Source: Desulfobacterales bacterium
GTDB taxonomy: Bacteria; Desulfobacterota; Desulfobacteria; Desulfobacterales; JAUYIZ01
DNA length: 64,000 bases
NCBI GenBank assembly: GCA_030688615.1
Contig: JAUYIZ010000358.1
Span: forward strand, 1,006 to 65,005
Direction: 5' to 3'
Below, piece after piece: positions 1-11,187 of this stretch (positions are counted from its first letter, which is position 1; every line of letters begins with the position of its first letter). Below the pieces are notes generated by a model that searched no databases, was not told the origin of the DNA, and saw only the letters and a program-made list of their open reading frames with translations. The position numbers were made by a program, and so were the translations under genes.

Positions 1-2
1 GG

Positions 3-1454
3 GAAGAGACGCAGGCCGCAATGAATCAGGATCCATCGGCAGTCAATGAAAATACGGCCCGCAAGCTGGGTGCGAGGCTTTCGGCCGACTATGTACTGTA
101 CGGAAGTCTGACCATCTTCGGAAGCTCTGTGAGCATGGATGCCAAAATCCTGGACGTGTCCGGGAAAAGCCCCGCCCTTTCATTTTTCAACGAGAGCCGG
201 GGAATGGATGAGGTGCTCCCCAGGATCAACCTGATTGCCCAGGAAATCAATGAGAAGATTTTTAACAGGAAAAGCGCCGAGCGTCCACTTGCCCCGGCCC
301 AAGGCACGCAGGCGCCGAACATTTATACCCATCCGGAGAAACTGTTTGAGAATGAGCTGTCCGGCGGGGCTTCGGGCCAGGGGTCATCCTTCATTGTCAG
401 CCAGCAGGACGGCAAGGCCTCCCTGCTCAAGAGAAGCCGGAATTTCAATTTTCAGATTTCCGGCATCGCCCTGGGGGATCTGGATGGGGACAATAAAACC
501 GAAACCGTGCTGTTAACCGAGAATAAAATATTTATCTATCGTTTTCAGGACGGGCAGATGCTCCAGCTCAAAGAGATTGACGGCAAACCCCACTTAAAGT
601 TTTTCTCCGTGGATGTGGCCGACATCAAACCGGATGGGAGGGCCGAAATTTTCGTTTCCGTCATGAACACCGTCGCAAACAACCTTGAATCTTTTGTCCT
701 GGAGTGGAATGGAAATGACTTTGCATTGCTCGCCAGCAATGAAAACTGGTTTTTCAAAACGCTGAATCTCCCGAAACGGGGGACCGTCCTTTTCGGCCAG
801 CGCAAAGGCCTTACGGAACTTTATGGTCCCGGCGTCTTTGAACTTTCCTGGAACGGCCGCCAATACTCCCAGCAAAGCAAAATCTATCTGCCCAATGGGG
901 TCAATATTTTTAATTTTTCCCTGGGAAATTTTTTGGCCCGGGCAACTGAATCCCTGGTCATTCTGGATTCTTCCGATTATCTGGGAATCTTTTCCCTGAC
1001 AGGCAAAAAGGAGTGGGTGAGCGACCAAAAATTTGGTGGCAATGAAAAATATCTGGCATCCCCGTTCGTCGAGGATGCGGAAAAGGACCGCGGTTCGGAG
1101 ACCCTTCACTATCTGCCCCAGAGGCTCCTGGTCGTGGATCTGAACCGGGACGGCATCAACGAAGTGATCGTTGTCAAAAATGATTCCTTTACCGGCCGGG
1201 TTTTGGACAGATACCGGCAGTTTAACAAAACCCAGTTTGAAGCTCTTTCCTGGAACGGCCAGAATCTGCAGGCGAACTGGAACACCCGGGAGATGTCCGG
1301 CTACATCAGTGATTATGCCATCGGCGATCTGGATAATGACGGGCGCATGGACCTGGTGGCTGCCAACGTCAGCGGGCGGGAATCATTGCTCGCAAAGGGA
1401 AAGAGCGCTCTGCTCTACTTCGACCTTGAGGCCGCAGCGGCAAAAACCCAGTGA
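3..1454 (+). CDS. Secreted FG-GAP/VCBS-repeat protein with an N-terminal LpoB/CsgG/FlgO-like module. It is 5' partial because the frame is open to the window edge.
   Basis: Frame is open from nt 3. The N-terminal segment ARKLGARLSADYVLYGSLTIFGSSVSMDAKILDV resembles the end of the lipoprotein alpha/beta module seen in CsgG/LpoB/FlgO. Repeated Ca-binding-like FG-GAP motifs are present: GDLDGDNKTE, DIKPDGRAEIF, DLNRDGINEVIV, GDLDNDGRMDLVA. Confidence 0.6.
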   Translation, partial: EETQAAMNQDPSAVNENTARKLGARLSADYVLYGSLTIFGSSVSMDAKILDVSGKSPALSFFNESRGMDEVLPRINLIAQEINEKIFNRKSAERPLAPAQGTQAPNIYTHPEKLFENELSGGASGQGSSFIVSQQDGKASLLKRSRNFNFQISGIALGDLDGDNKTETVLLTENKIFIYRFQDGQMLQLKEIDGKPHLKFFSVDVADIKPDGRAEIFVSVMNTVANNLESFVLEWNGNDFALLASNENWFFKTLNLPKRGTVLFGQRKGLTELYGPGVFELSWNGRQYSQQSKIYLPNGVNIFNFSLGNFLARATESLVILDSSDYLGIFSLTGKKEWVSDQKFGGNEKYLASPFVEDAEKDRGSETLHYLPQRLLVVDLNRDGINEVIVVKNDSFTGRVLDRYRQFNKTQFEALSWNGQNLQANWNTREMSGYISDYAIGDLDNDGRMDLVAANVSGRESLLAKGKSALLYFDLEAAAAKTQ

Positions 1455-1483
1455 CCACCGAACACGGGCCCGAAGGCCGCCTC

Positions 1484-2725
1484 ATGCAATCATGGCAAAT
1501 AATCGTCAGCGGTTTTATCATCCAGTTGACATTTGTCGGCATCCATTTTTCATTCGGTGTTTTTCTGAAACCGGTTGCGGAAGCTTTCGGCTGGTCCCGG
1601 GGCCCCACCTCATTTGCCTATACGCTCATGTGGTGGATGGCGTCGTCATCGGGCATTTTGCTCGGGTGGCTGTCCGACAGGGTCGGGGCGCGAAAAGTGC
1701 TGGTAGGCGGTGCGCTGATTTTCAGCCTGGGAATCTTTCTTTCCACAACGATTCAGCACCTCTGGCAGTTTTACCTGTATTTCGGCATCATCGGGGGCCT
1801 GGGTAGAGCCGCAGCCGGGGCACCCTTCTTTGCCGCGGTGGTCCCCCTGGTGGCAAAAAATAAAGGGCTGGCCCTATCCATCATCCTGGCAGGAACCAGC
1901 ATGGGAACCATGGTTTTCCCGCCGTTTGCCCGCTACCTGATTTCCGTCTCCGACTGGCAAACCGCCTTTTATACGCTGGCGATCACGGCGGTGGCCATCA
2001 TCGTTCCCGCCGCGGTTTTTTTAAAGGGACCTGAACAGGCTGCGCCGCAACCCCGGTTAAATCCGGCAGTTCTTCCGGCCGGACCGCACCCCCAAGAAGG
2101 GATCCTGCCGCTGCCCGCCGGAGACTGGAATACAACCAATGTGTTAAAAAACCGGTATTTCTGGACCCTGGTCGTTATGGGCCTTGCCTGCTGCAGCAGC
2201 CATTCTCTTCCCTTGGCTCACATTGTCGCCTTTGCATCCGATCAGGGCATCGACAAACTCCAGGCCGCCAGCCTGCTGGGACTCCTGGGTTTTACGGGAT
2301 TGCTGGGCCGCCTGATCTGGGGCGTCGTCTCGGACCGGATGGGTGCGCGGTCCACCCTGTTTTGCTGCATCCTCCTTCAGACCATCATGCTTTTCTGGCT
2401 GTCGGGCGCCGAAAGCCTTTTGTCTTTTTACGTGCTGGTCAGCCTCTTCGGCCTCGTGTACGGCGGCGTGCTGCCCTTGTACCCGCTGGTGGTGCGGGAA
2501 ATGTTCGGTTTGAACCGCTTTGGAACCGTGTATGGCCTGCAATCGGTGGGAACAGGTTTCGGAATGGGGGCCGGCGGTATCCTCGGGGGGTTTCTTTTTG
2601 ACGCTTTTGGCCGCTACTCCCCGGCCTTTATCATCAGCGGCGCCATCGGCACGGTGGCCATTGCGTGTGCCGCTTCGCTGGTCTTTATTCAAAAGAAGCC
2701 TCAACTCGCAAAGACGGCAAAGTAA
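1484..2725 (+). CDS. MFS transporter (oxalate/formate antiporter-like subfamily)
   Basis: About 12 predicted hydrophobic segments. N-terminus IIVSGFIIQLTFVGIHFSFGVFLKP and motif SDRVGARKV are typical of MFS/OFA. A GTG at 1451 is an alternative start that overlaps the upstream stop. Confidence 0.7.
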   Translation: MQSWQIIVSGFIIQLTFVGIHFSFGVFLKPVAEAFGWSRGPTSFAYTLMWWMASSSGILLGWLSDRVGARKVLVGGALIFSLGIFLSTTIQHLWQFYLYFGIIGGLGRAAAGAPFFAAVVPLVAKNKGLALSIILAGTSMGTMVFPPFARYLISVSDWQTAFYTLAITAVAIIVPAAVFLKGPEQAAPQPRLNPAVLPAGPHPQEGILPLPAGDWNTTNVLKNRYFWTLVVMGLACCSSHSLPLAHIVAFASDQGIDKLQAASLLGLLGFTGLLGRLIWGVVSDRMGARSTLFCCILLQTIMLFWLSGAESLLSFYVLVSLFGLVYGGVLPLYPLVVREMFGLNRFGTVYGLQSVGTGFGMGAGGILGGFLFDAFGRYSPAFIISGAIGTVAIACAASLVFIQKKPQLAKTAK

Positions 2726-2755
2726 AACAGAAGCCGGCCTTTTTACCTTGCCGTC
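2713..2755. terminator. 15-bp-stem hairpin spanning both stop codons of a convergent gene pair. It is a mini-relative of the MITE-like repeat family.
   Basis: GACGGCAAAGTAAAA (2713-2727) pairs with TTTTACCTTGCCGTC (2741-2755) with one A.C mismatch. The loop contains GCCGGC. It covers the TAA of the MFS gene (2723-2725) and the TGA of the GT2 gene (2754-2756, minus strand). Confidence 0.5.
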
Positions 2756-3593
2756 AATACATGGCGCCAAGGTCCGTATGGTACCGGGCCTCCTGATCCC
2801 GGCCGCGCTTGCGGCAGCCGGCGGCGTAAATGGAACATTTTTCCCGTAACTTGTTCACCGTGGCCGCATACTGGCCCGGTGTGAGCTGATGGCTTTCAAT
2901 AATTTTTTTCAGCGCCGCGATCCGATATTTGTCCAGGCCCGCTGCGCCCGACAGCTGGCCGGGATGCCCGCCCCTTTTGATGAGTAACGGGGTGTCAATA
3001 AGATATACCGGGCACCTGCTGCTGACCCGGAGCCATAAATCATAGTCCTCGCAGGCCGGCAGCTTCTCATCAAATCCGCCCACCATTTTAAAAAGATCCC
3101 GGTGCGCCATCACGGCCGAAGGGCTCACCAGGCACAGATCCAGCGAAGGCTCATAGATCGCGCCGGATAATTTCTTGTGCCGCTTTTTCGGGTTCACCCG
3201 CACACCGTTTCGAACCCAGATTTCCTCTGTCTGGCAAATGAGGGCGGTCGGGTTTGATTGAAAAAACTTTACCTGGCAGGACAATTTTCCCGGCAGCCAG
3301 AGGTCATCGGAATCCAGAAAAGCCGTGTATCGCCCGGAAGCCAGCGCCATCCCCCTGTTTCTTGCCGCGCTGACCCCTTGATTGTGCTGCTGAATGCAAG
3401 TGATTTCTCCGGCATAGCGGTTCAGGATATCCTGCGTGTCGTCGGTGGATCCATCATCCACGACGATGAGCTCATAATCCGTAAAGTCCTGGGCCAGAAC
3501 CGAGGTCAGGGCATCCTCGAGCATGCCCGCGCGGTTGTAGGTGGGGATAATGACGCTGACCATGGGATATTTTTTTGCCGTGCTCATATTCAT
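2754..3593 (-). CDS. Family 2 glycosyltransferase
   Basis: VSVIIPTYNRAGMLEDALTSVLAQDFTDYELIVVDDGSTDDT plus a DSDD motif. The start chosen is the ATG at 3593, giving MNMSTAKK, which forms an ATGA overlap with the upstream stop. The longer ORF to 3845 overlaps the TRAP permease gene. Confidence 0.8.
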   Translation of the reverse strand: MNMSTAKKYPMVSVIIPTYNRAGMLEDALTSVLAQDFTDYELIVVDDGSTDDTQDILNRYAGEITCIQQHNQGVSAARNRGMALASGRYTAFLDSDDLWLPGKLSCQVKFFQSNPTALICQTEEIWVRNGVRVNPKKRHKKLSGAIYEPSLDLCLVSPSAVMAHRDLFKMVGGFDEKLPACEDYDLWLRVSSRCPVYLIDTPLLIKRGGHPGQLSGAAGLDKYRIAALKKIIESHQLTPGQYAATVNKLREKCSIYAAGCRKRGRDQEARYHTDLGAMY

Positions 3594-5800
3594 CCCGCCG
3601 TGTCCGGCCGCCGGCTGCGCCGGACCCGCTGCGCCCAGAACAGGGTCATGTAAACTGCGGCGGCCGTTATCTGCACCCCCGTGCGGCCGAGGGGCACCCA
3701 GCCGGTTGCCAGAGCCGGTCGAAAAAGGGCAAGACAAAGAACCATAAGGAGTATCCGTTCGGCCCAGCTGCAATGGTCGGCAAAATATCCCTGGAGGGCG
3801 GCCGCAAAGGAGAACATGGCCAGAATCGAAACAAAAAAGACCCATAGCACCTTGAACCCGCTGTCAATCCATATGGGCGCGCCGTTCGCATCCACGCCGC
3901 CCATCATTAACAGCTCGATGTTGAGCAGGAAGACAAAGGGTAAAATAGCGGTCCTCAAATCGTAAATGAATCCCTGTACGCCTGTCTTGATGGGGTCCGA
4001 CCCGGCAATGGCGGCGGCGGCATAAGCGGCAAGCCCCACCGGGGGCGTGTCGTCGGCCAGGATGCCGAAATAAAAAACAAAAAGATGGGCCGCCAGGGCC
4101 GGGAAAACCAGCCCGGCATCTGCCCCCAGCTTGACAATCACCGGTGCGGTCAAGGACGCCATCATGATGTAATTGGCGGTGGTGGGAAGCCCCATGCCCA
4201 GAAACATGCCGGTCAGCGCGGTCAAAATGAGCACCGCATAAATATTGCCCATGGACAAGGTATCGATGACGTTGATGAACCGGCCGGAAAGACCCGTAGA
4301 AACCACCACGCCGACAATGATGCCGGCCGTTGCCGTGGCAATGCCCACCGAAATCATGTTCCGGGCGCCGGTGATCAGGCTTTGCCATATGTCCTTCAGG
4401 CCTTCCAGCGCTGCGGATTTTAAGGCCGCAATCACGTCCGCGTCTGCCACCCCCGGCCGGCGCCGGGCCGCCCCGAAGCGGATCCATGCCAGGACCGGCC
4501 GCTGGAGCGCCATAAGGACGATAACCGTTTCCAGCGCCAGCATGCAGGAAGCAAGCGCCGAACGCCGCAGCACGATCAGGTAAACCAGCAGGACAAAGAC
4601 CGGCAGAAGATAATGGATTCCTTTGAAAAAAGTGCTGAAAAAGGGCACAAGTTCCGATGCAGGCACCCGTTTGAGCCCGAGCTTCATGGCCTCTATATGC
4701 ACCACGAACACCAGCGCAATATAGGAAACCACCGCAGGGATAAAGGCCGCCCGCACTACGTCGATATAAGGGATGCCCAGGGTTTCGGCCATGATGAACG
4801 CCGCGGCGCCCATAATCGGCGGCATCAGCTGGCCGTTGGTGGAGGCCGCCACCTCTATGGCAGCGGCCTTGTAATCGGGCAACCCCACCTTTATCATCAG
4901 GGGGATGGTGAACGTTCCCGTAGTAACGGTATTTGCAATGGAGGATCCGGATATCATGCCGTTTAATCCCGAGGCCACCACCGCGGCCTTGGCCGGTCCG
5001 CCGCGGAACCTGCCCGTTAGCGAATAGGCAATGTCGATGAAATACTTGCCGGCCCCCGCTTTTTCAAGAAATGCGCCAAAGAGGACGAAAAGAAAAACAA
5101 ACTCGCAGGAGACCTTGAGCGGCACGCCGAAAACGCCGTCGGTGGAAACAAACTGCGAGGAGATGATCAGTGTCAGGTTCCCGGCGCTGTGGCGTAAAAA
5201 TCCGGGCAGGTAGCTGCCCGCCACATTGTAAAAAAGAAAAACAGCGGCAATTACGGGCAGGGCGGGCCCGATGCATCGCCGGGCCGCCTCCAGCAGCACC
5301 GCGACCAGGGCAAGGCCGAGCCATATCTCATAGGTTTCCGGCAGGCCGCCCCGCAGGATGATATCATCGTAATTCCACCAGATATACAGCGACAGTGATG
5401 CACCGGAGGCCGCAAGAATCCAGTCGTAAAAGGGAATATGATGGCCCGCGGCCGGTTTGGGCGTGGATGCCGGCAATATCTTCCGGAACCAGCGGACCCA
5501 AAAGCCGGGTGCATGGGGTTTGAAGGCCGGATAGGTCAGATACACCAGGGCAAGGGCAAAGGCCAGGTGCCAGGATCGGGCCCGAAAGGAATCGAGGCTG
5601 AAATTTATGCCAAACGGCAAAAACGACCCGGAGCGCAACTGGAAGCCGAATGGACTCTGGGCGTAGAATAATTGAAACAGGGACCACACCAGGCACAGGC
5701 CGGTGACAATTCCGGCCGCGACCCGGTTGCGGGGGGACCGTGGCCCGGTCTCGACCCTGGTCAGGAGCCTTGTAGCTGAACTGAGGTCTGATTTTTCCAT
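3590..5800 (-). CDS. TRAP transporter fused permease (TAXI-type 4TM/12TM fusion)
   Basis: 736-aa polytopic membrane protein located directly downstream of a TAXI solute receptor. Its size and organisation are typical of the TAXI-TRAP fused permease. Confidence 0.8.
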   Translation of the reverse strand: MEKSDLSSATRLLTRVETGPRSPRNRVAAGIVTGLCLVWSLFQLFYAQSPFGFQLRSGSFLPFGINFSLDSFRARSWHLAFALALVYLTYPAFKPHAPGFWVRWFRKILPASTPKPAAGHHIPFYDWILAASGASLSLYIWWNYDDIILRGGLPETYEIWLGLALVAVLLEAARRCIGPALPVIAAVFLFYNVAGSYLPGFLRHSAGNLTLIISSQFVSTDGVFGVPLKVSCEFVFLFVLFGAFLEKAGAGKYFIDIAYSLTGRFRGGPAKAAVVASGLNGMISGSSIANTVTTGTFTIPLMIKVGLPDYKAAAIEVAASTNGQLMPPIMGAAAFIMAETLGIPYIDVVRAAFIPAVVSYIALVFVVHIEAMKLGLKRVPASELVPFFSTFFKGIHYLLPVFVLLVYLIVLRRSALASCMLALETVIVLMALQRPVLAWIRFGAARRRPGVADADVIAALKSAALEGLKDIWQSLITGARNMISVGIATATAGIIVGVVVSTGLSGRFINVIDTLSMGNIYAVLILTALTGMFLGMGLPTTANYIMMASLTAPVIVKLGADAGLVFPALAAHLFVFYFGILADDTPPVGLAAYAAAAIAGSDPIKTGVQGFIYDLRTAILPFVFLLNIELLMMGGVDANGAPIWIDSGFKVLWVFFVSILAMFSFAAALQGYFADHCSWAERILLMVLCLALFRPALATGWVPLGRTGVQITAAAVYMTLFWAQRVRRSRRPDTAG

Positions 5801-5809
5801 GGCTGCGGT

Positions 5810-6781
5810 CTACATCCAGCCGCGCTCCCGGTAATATCTCGCAGCACCGGGGTGCAGGGGCGCCGTCAACCCTTTGAGCATGTCCGGCGGGCTTAAGGTC
5901 CGAAACGCAGCGTGCGCCTTTTTAAGTTCCTCCAGGTGCTCAAAAATGACCCGGGTAAAAGCGTAAACCGTCTCGTCGGATGCCCCGGCGCTGGCGACCA
6001 GGGTGGCTTTTACCGCGTAAGTCTCGGTATCGCGCTGCACGCCCTTGTAGGAACCGGCCGGAATACGGGCCATCACATAATACGGCTTGGCGGCCACAAA
6101 CTTTTTAACCTCCGCAGAATTGATGCTGATTAAATCGGCGCTCACGGAAGTGGCCGGCTCCTCGATGGCCGATGCCCCCAGGCCGACGCTGTAGAAAAAA
6201 GCGTCTACCTTTTTGTCGATCAGCGCCCGGGAAGCCTCACTCTGCTGCATGCCCTCGGCCTGGATGTCCCTGTCCGGGTCCATGCCGTAAATGCGAAGCA
6301 CGTCCAGCGCCATGCCGCGCTGACCGGACCCGGGATTGCCGATGTTGACCCTTTTGCCTTTCAGGTCCATTACGGATTGAATGCCGGCATCCTTGCGGAC
6401 CATCAGGTACAAAAACTCCGGATGCATGGAGAATACGCTGCGCAGGTTTTTTTTGCTTTTCCCCTGCCATTCTCCTTCGCCGTTCCAGGCCTGGTAGTTG
6501 CGGTCGGACTGGCAAACGCCGAAATCCAGCAGCCCCCGGTCCACCGCATTGATGTTAAAAACCGACCCCAGGGCCGGCCGGCCCACGCAATTGAGCGCAT
6601 CGGCCGCATATTTATTTGCGATGGCACAGGTCTGCAGGGCCACCTGATAGTAAACCCCGGTCACCGCACCCCCGCCGATGAGAATGTCCCGGCGGGCCCG
6701 GGCCTGGGACGTCACTGCCAGAAGACTTGTCAGCAGGACGCCGGAAAAAAAAAGCCAGCGGATTTTTCGATCCTTCATCAC
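5810..6781 (-). CDS. TAXI-family TRAP transporter solute-binding protein
   Basis: Signal peptide followed by ILIGGGAVTGVYYQVA...NVGRPALGSVFNINAV and C-terminal LHPGAARYYRERGW, both characteristic of TAXI receptors. Confidence 0.8.
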   Translation of the reverse strand: MMKDRKIRWLFFSGVLLTSLLAVTSQARARRDILIGGGAVTGVYYQVALQTCAIANKYAADALNCVGRPALGSVFNINAVDRGLLDFGVCQSDRNYQAWNGEGEWQGKSKKNLRSVFSMHPEFLYLMVRKDAGIQSVMDLKGKRVNIGNPGSGQRGMALDVLRIYGMDPDRDIQAEGMQQSEASRALIDKKVDAFFYSVGLGASAIEEPATSVSADLISINSAEVKKFVAAKPYYVMARIPAGSYKGVQRDTETYAVKATLVASAGASDETVYAFTRVIFEHLEELKKAHAAFRTLSPPDMLKGLTAPLHPGAARYYRERGWM

Positions 6782-6826
6782 CTACCTCCTCAGGTTTCAA
6801 CATTGACGGTTTCCATGCCAAGGCCC

Positions 6827-7573
6827 TTATCCGGCCACCACGCCGCTGGTATGCTTTGCGGGATAGGGTAAAGAAAGCGGCCGTGTCCGGAACCGGGGGA
6901 CAGGCGCAACCACAATCCCTGCAAATGCGCCGAAGGGATATTTTTGAAATAAGTTGATCTGCTCGATCCGGTGGATGATCTTGCCGGATACCCCGGCCAG
7001 GTGGCTTGCGGTCCGCCAGGTGACAGGAACGTTCCCTAAAATACTCCGGATGATCTGTTTCAATTCCCATATGCTGAAAAAGGTCGCATGCTTGTAGAGG
7101 GTTTCGGAAAATACCCCCTCAAGCCGCAACTGGACGGCCCGGATGGCATGCCGGTTCATTATTCCCAGGAAAACCCGGTCTTTTGCCACCCGGCAAGCCT
7201 CCTCAATGGCCTTTCTCGGGTCCTCGACAAACTCCAGGGTGGATATCAGGCATGCATAGGTAAAAGAATTATCCTCGAAAGGAAGGTCTTCGGCAACGCC
7301 GCGATAAAGTTCCACCCGGTGGCCCAATTTTTTCGCCGCCAGATCCAGCACGTAAGGAGACGGATCGATCCCGGTGACATCAAGCCCCGACTGGACGAAA
7401 TGGGACAGGCTTATGCCGGTGCCGCAGCCGATCTCGAGCAGAGAACTTCCGGGCACCGGCTTTAACATATCGAGAATGAGCCGTTTTTCTAAATCCGAGA
7501 TATCCTTGTTGGATGGTTTACTGAACAATTGATCGTAAGCGACGGCATCTTTATAATCAAAGACATATCCCAT
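6827..7573 (-). CDS. Class I SAM-dependent methyltransferase
   Basis: SAM motif I LLEIGCGTGISL. Start taken at MGYVFDYKD (7573); the ORF is open to 7609. Confidence 0.7.
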   Translation of the reverse strand: MGYVFDYKDAVAYDQLFSKPSNKDISDLEKRLILDMLKPVPGSSLLEIGCGTGISLSHFVQSGLDVTGIDPSPYVLDLAAKKLGHRVELYRGVAEDLPFEDNSFTYACLISTLEFVEDPRKAIEEACRVAKDRVFLGIMNRHAIRAVQLRLEGVFSETLYKHATFFSIWELKQIIRSILGNVPVTWRTASHLAGVSGKIIHRIEQINLFQKYPFGAFAGIVVAPVPRFRTRPLSLPYPAKHTSGVVAG

Positions 7574-7721
7574 AACCTGCAATTTAAATAAAAATAACAT
7601 TTTGATCAAGGGTAAAATTTTTCTTTTTATTGGACTGCAATACGAAAATCAATCAAGTATTGACTTTTCACCGGTCGTATGATCTATTAGAGCATTTCGC
7701 AAAGATCTCGATTATTGGGGG

Positions 7722-8573
7722 ATGAAGATCGAAATTATTTCAGACATAGAAGAAATGCAGGCCTTCTCAGACGGCAGGCGGCGGCAAGGCCAAACCATCG
7801 CTTTGGTGCCCACCATGGGATTTTTGCATGCCGGCCATTCTTCCTTGATGTCCCGGGCCCGCCAAAGCGGTGATATCCTGGTGGTCAGTATTTTCGTAAA
7901 CCCGGCCCAGTTTGGTCCCGGAGAAGATTTTGCAACTTATCCCAGAAATATGAAAAACGATCTGTCCATCACCGGGGAAGAGGGGGTGGACATTGTTTTT
8001 ACCCCCGGCGACAAAGCGCTGTACCCGGAAGGATATGAGACCTATGTCAGCCTGACAAACCTTCCGGAGCATCTTTGCGGAACCTTTCGGCCCGCTCACT
8101 TCAGAGGGGTTGCAACGGTTGTGGCAAAACTGTTTAATATCGTTACGCCGCATGTGGCCATATTTGGGCAAAAGGACTATCAGCAGCTGGCCGTCATACG
8201 GCGTATGGTGCGCGATCTGAATTTCGGCATCCAGATCATCGGGGCCCCTACGGTCCGAGATCCGGACGGACTGGCCATGAGCTCGCGAAACAACTATCTG
8301 ACCGCCCGGGAGCGGCCCGCGGCCCTTTCCCTTTACCGGTCTTTGATGAAAGCAGCTCAGCTTGTTCAAAGCGGGGTCCGGGATGCCGCGCGGGTCATTC
8401 ATGCCGCGGCAGAACTGATACAATCTTATGCAGACACGAAAATAGACTATGTTTCAATCTGCGACCCGGACACCCTGGACGATGTAAAAACCATTGACCG
8501 ACCATCGCTGATGGCCCTGGCCGTCAGAGTTGGCAAGACACGGCTGATAGACAACATGATCCTGAAGCCCTGA
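7722..8573 (+). CDS. panC: Pantoate--beta-alanine ligase
   Basis: VPTMGFLHAGHSSLM (HxGH motif), FVNPAQF and AMSSRN motifs. Length is 283 aa. Confidence 0.9.
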   Translation: MKIEIISDIEEMQAFSDGRRRQGQTIALVPTMGFLHAGHSSLMSRARQSGDILVVSIFVNPAQFGPGEDFATYPRNMKNDLSITGEEGVDIVFTPGDKALYPEGYETYVSLTNLPEHLCGTFRPAHFRGVATVVAKLFNIVTPHVAIFGQKDYQQLAVIRRMVRDLNFGIQIIGAPTVRDPDGLAMSSRNNYLTARERPAALSLYRSLMKAAQLVQSGVRDAARVIHAAAELIQSYADTKIDYVSICDPDTLDDVKTIDRPSLMALAVRVGKTRLIDNMILKP

Positions 8574-8600
8574 TATCATTTTTAAGAAAGGAGATTTTTC

Positions 8601-9800
8601 ATGAGCCAAGAAAAGTTTTTATTTACCTCTGAATCCGTTACGGAAGGCCATCCGGACAAGGTCGCGGACATCATATCGGACTCTATCCTTGATGCCATTA
8701 TGTCCCGGGACAAAAAATGCCGGGTGGCCTGCGAAACCCTGGTTACCACGGGGCTTGCGTTTATTGCCGGCGAAATTACCACCGACTGTTATGTGGACAT
8801 GCCCCAAATCGTTCGGGAGGCGATTCGTGAAATTGGTTATCATTCGTCCGAGATGGGTTTTGACTGGCAAACCTGTTCCGTAATCACCAGCATTGATCAT
8901 CAATCCCTGGACATCGCCCAGGGAGTCAACGGAACCGGGCTTTTCAAAGAACAGGGCGCCGGGGACCAGGGCCTCATGTTCGGCTATGCCACGGATGAAA
9001 CGCCCGAGATGATGCCCATGCCCATCCGGTATGCCCATAAATTGTGCCGGCAACTGACCGCGGTTCGCAAAAACGGCACCCTTGATTTTTTAAGGCCGGA
9101 CGGCAAATCCCAGGTGACGGTCGAATATGAAAACGGCTGCCCCAAACGGGTGGATGCCATTGTTATCGCCGCACAGCACAAGCCCAATATCGCCCATGCA
9201 GACTTAAAGGAAGCCATTATTGAAGAGGTCATTAAAAAAGTCATCCCCGGCGACATGATTGACCGCAATACCCGTTATTTTATCAATGCCACGGGAAAAT
9301 TTGAATGGGGCGGCCCCATGGCCGATTGCGGGCTGACCGGAAGAAAGATCATCGTGGACACCTACGGCGGCCATGGAAGCCACGGCGGCGGGTGTTTTTC
9401 CGGCAAGGACCCCTCCAAAGTCGATCGCAGCGCCTCCTATATGGCCAGATACGTTGCTAAAAACATCGTGGCGGCAGGACTTGCCAAAAAATGCGAGCTC
9501 CAGGTCGCCTATGCCATCGGCGTGGCCCAGCCCGTCTCGGTTCTGGTGGACCTGAAGGGCACCGGCGCCGTACCCAAAGAACGTGTTGAAACCATCATCC
9601 GGGAAGTTTTTGATCTGCGGCCCGCAGCCATCATAGAGCACCTTGACCTGTTGCAGCCGATTTACAAAAAAACGGCGGCCTACGGCCATTTCGGCCGCCA
9701 CGAACCGGGTTTTACCTGGGAAAAGACAGACCAGGTGGATATCCTGCGCGAAAAGGCAGGCACGGCCAACCTTCACAGCCCGACCTGTGATTTTTTTTAA
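8601..9800 (+). CDS. metK: S-adenosylmethionine synthetase
   Basis: [32 protein letters not shown] and [19 protein letters not shown] are present. Confidence 0.95.
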   Translation: MSQEKFLFTSESVTEGHPDKVADIISDSILDAIMSRDKKCRVACETLVTTGLAFIAGEITTDCYVDMPQIVREAIREIGYHSSEMGFDWQTCSVITSIDHQSLDIAQGVNGTGLFKEQGAGDQGLMFGYATDETPEMMPMPIRYAHKLCRQLTAVRKNGTLDFLRPDGKSQVTVEYENGCPKRVDAIVIAAQHKPNIAHADLKEAIIEEVIKKVIPGDMIDRNTRYFINATGKFEWGGPMADCGLTGRKIIVDTYGGHGSHGGGCFSGKDPSKVDRSASYMARYVAKNIVAAGLAKKCELQVAYAIGVAQPVSVLVDLKGTGAVPKERVETIIREVFDLRPAAIIEHLDLLQPIYKKTAAYGHFGRHEPGFTWEKTDQVDILREKAGTANLHSPTCDFF

Positions 9801-9851
9801 CGCGGCAAATCTTTTATTATTCCCGGTGTATCCGGGCGAGGAGATCAATGA

Positions 9852-11111
<1,260 letters not shown>

Positions 11112-11187
11112 CCCGGACTCTCAACGCCCTGAGCGGCACCGGCACTGCGTTGTTCAACCCTCGGAGTAGTAAATAAAAAAGGTCTCG

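Noticed and set aside
594-1109. Long antisense or alternative-frame ORFs in the track. Examples: 594-1109(-), 2144-2770(-), 12491-13234(+), 33226-34230(-), 37226-38632(-), 39754-40314(-), 44712-45650(-), 46511-47299(-), 54472-55524(+), 57000-57593(+).
   Set aside because: Each lies entirely inside a gene on the other strand or frame whose product has clear family motifs. Their translations are low-complexity and Arg/Gly/Pro-rich, as expected for shadow ORFs in GC-rich DNA.
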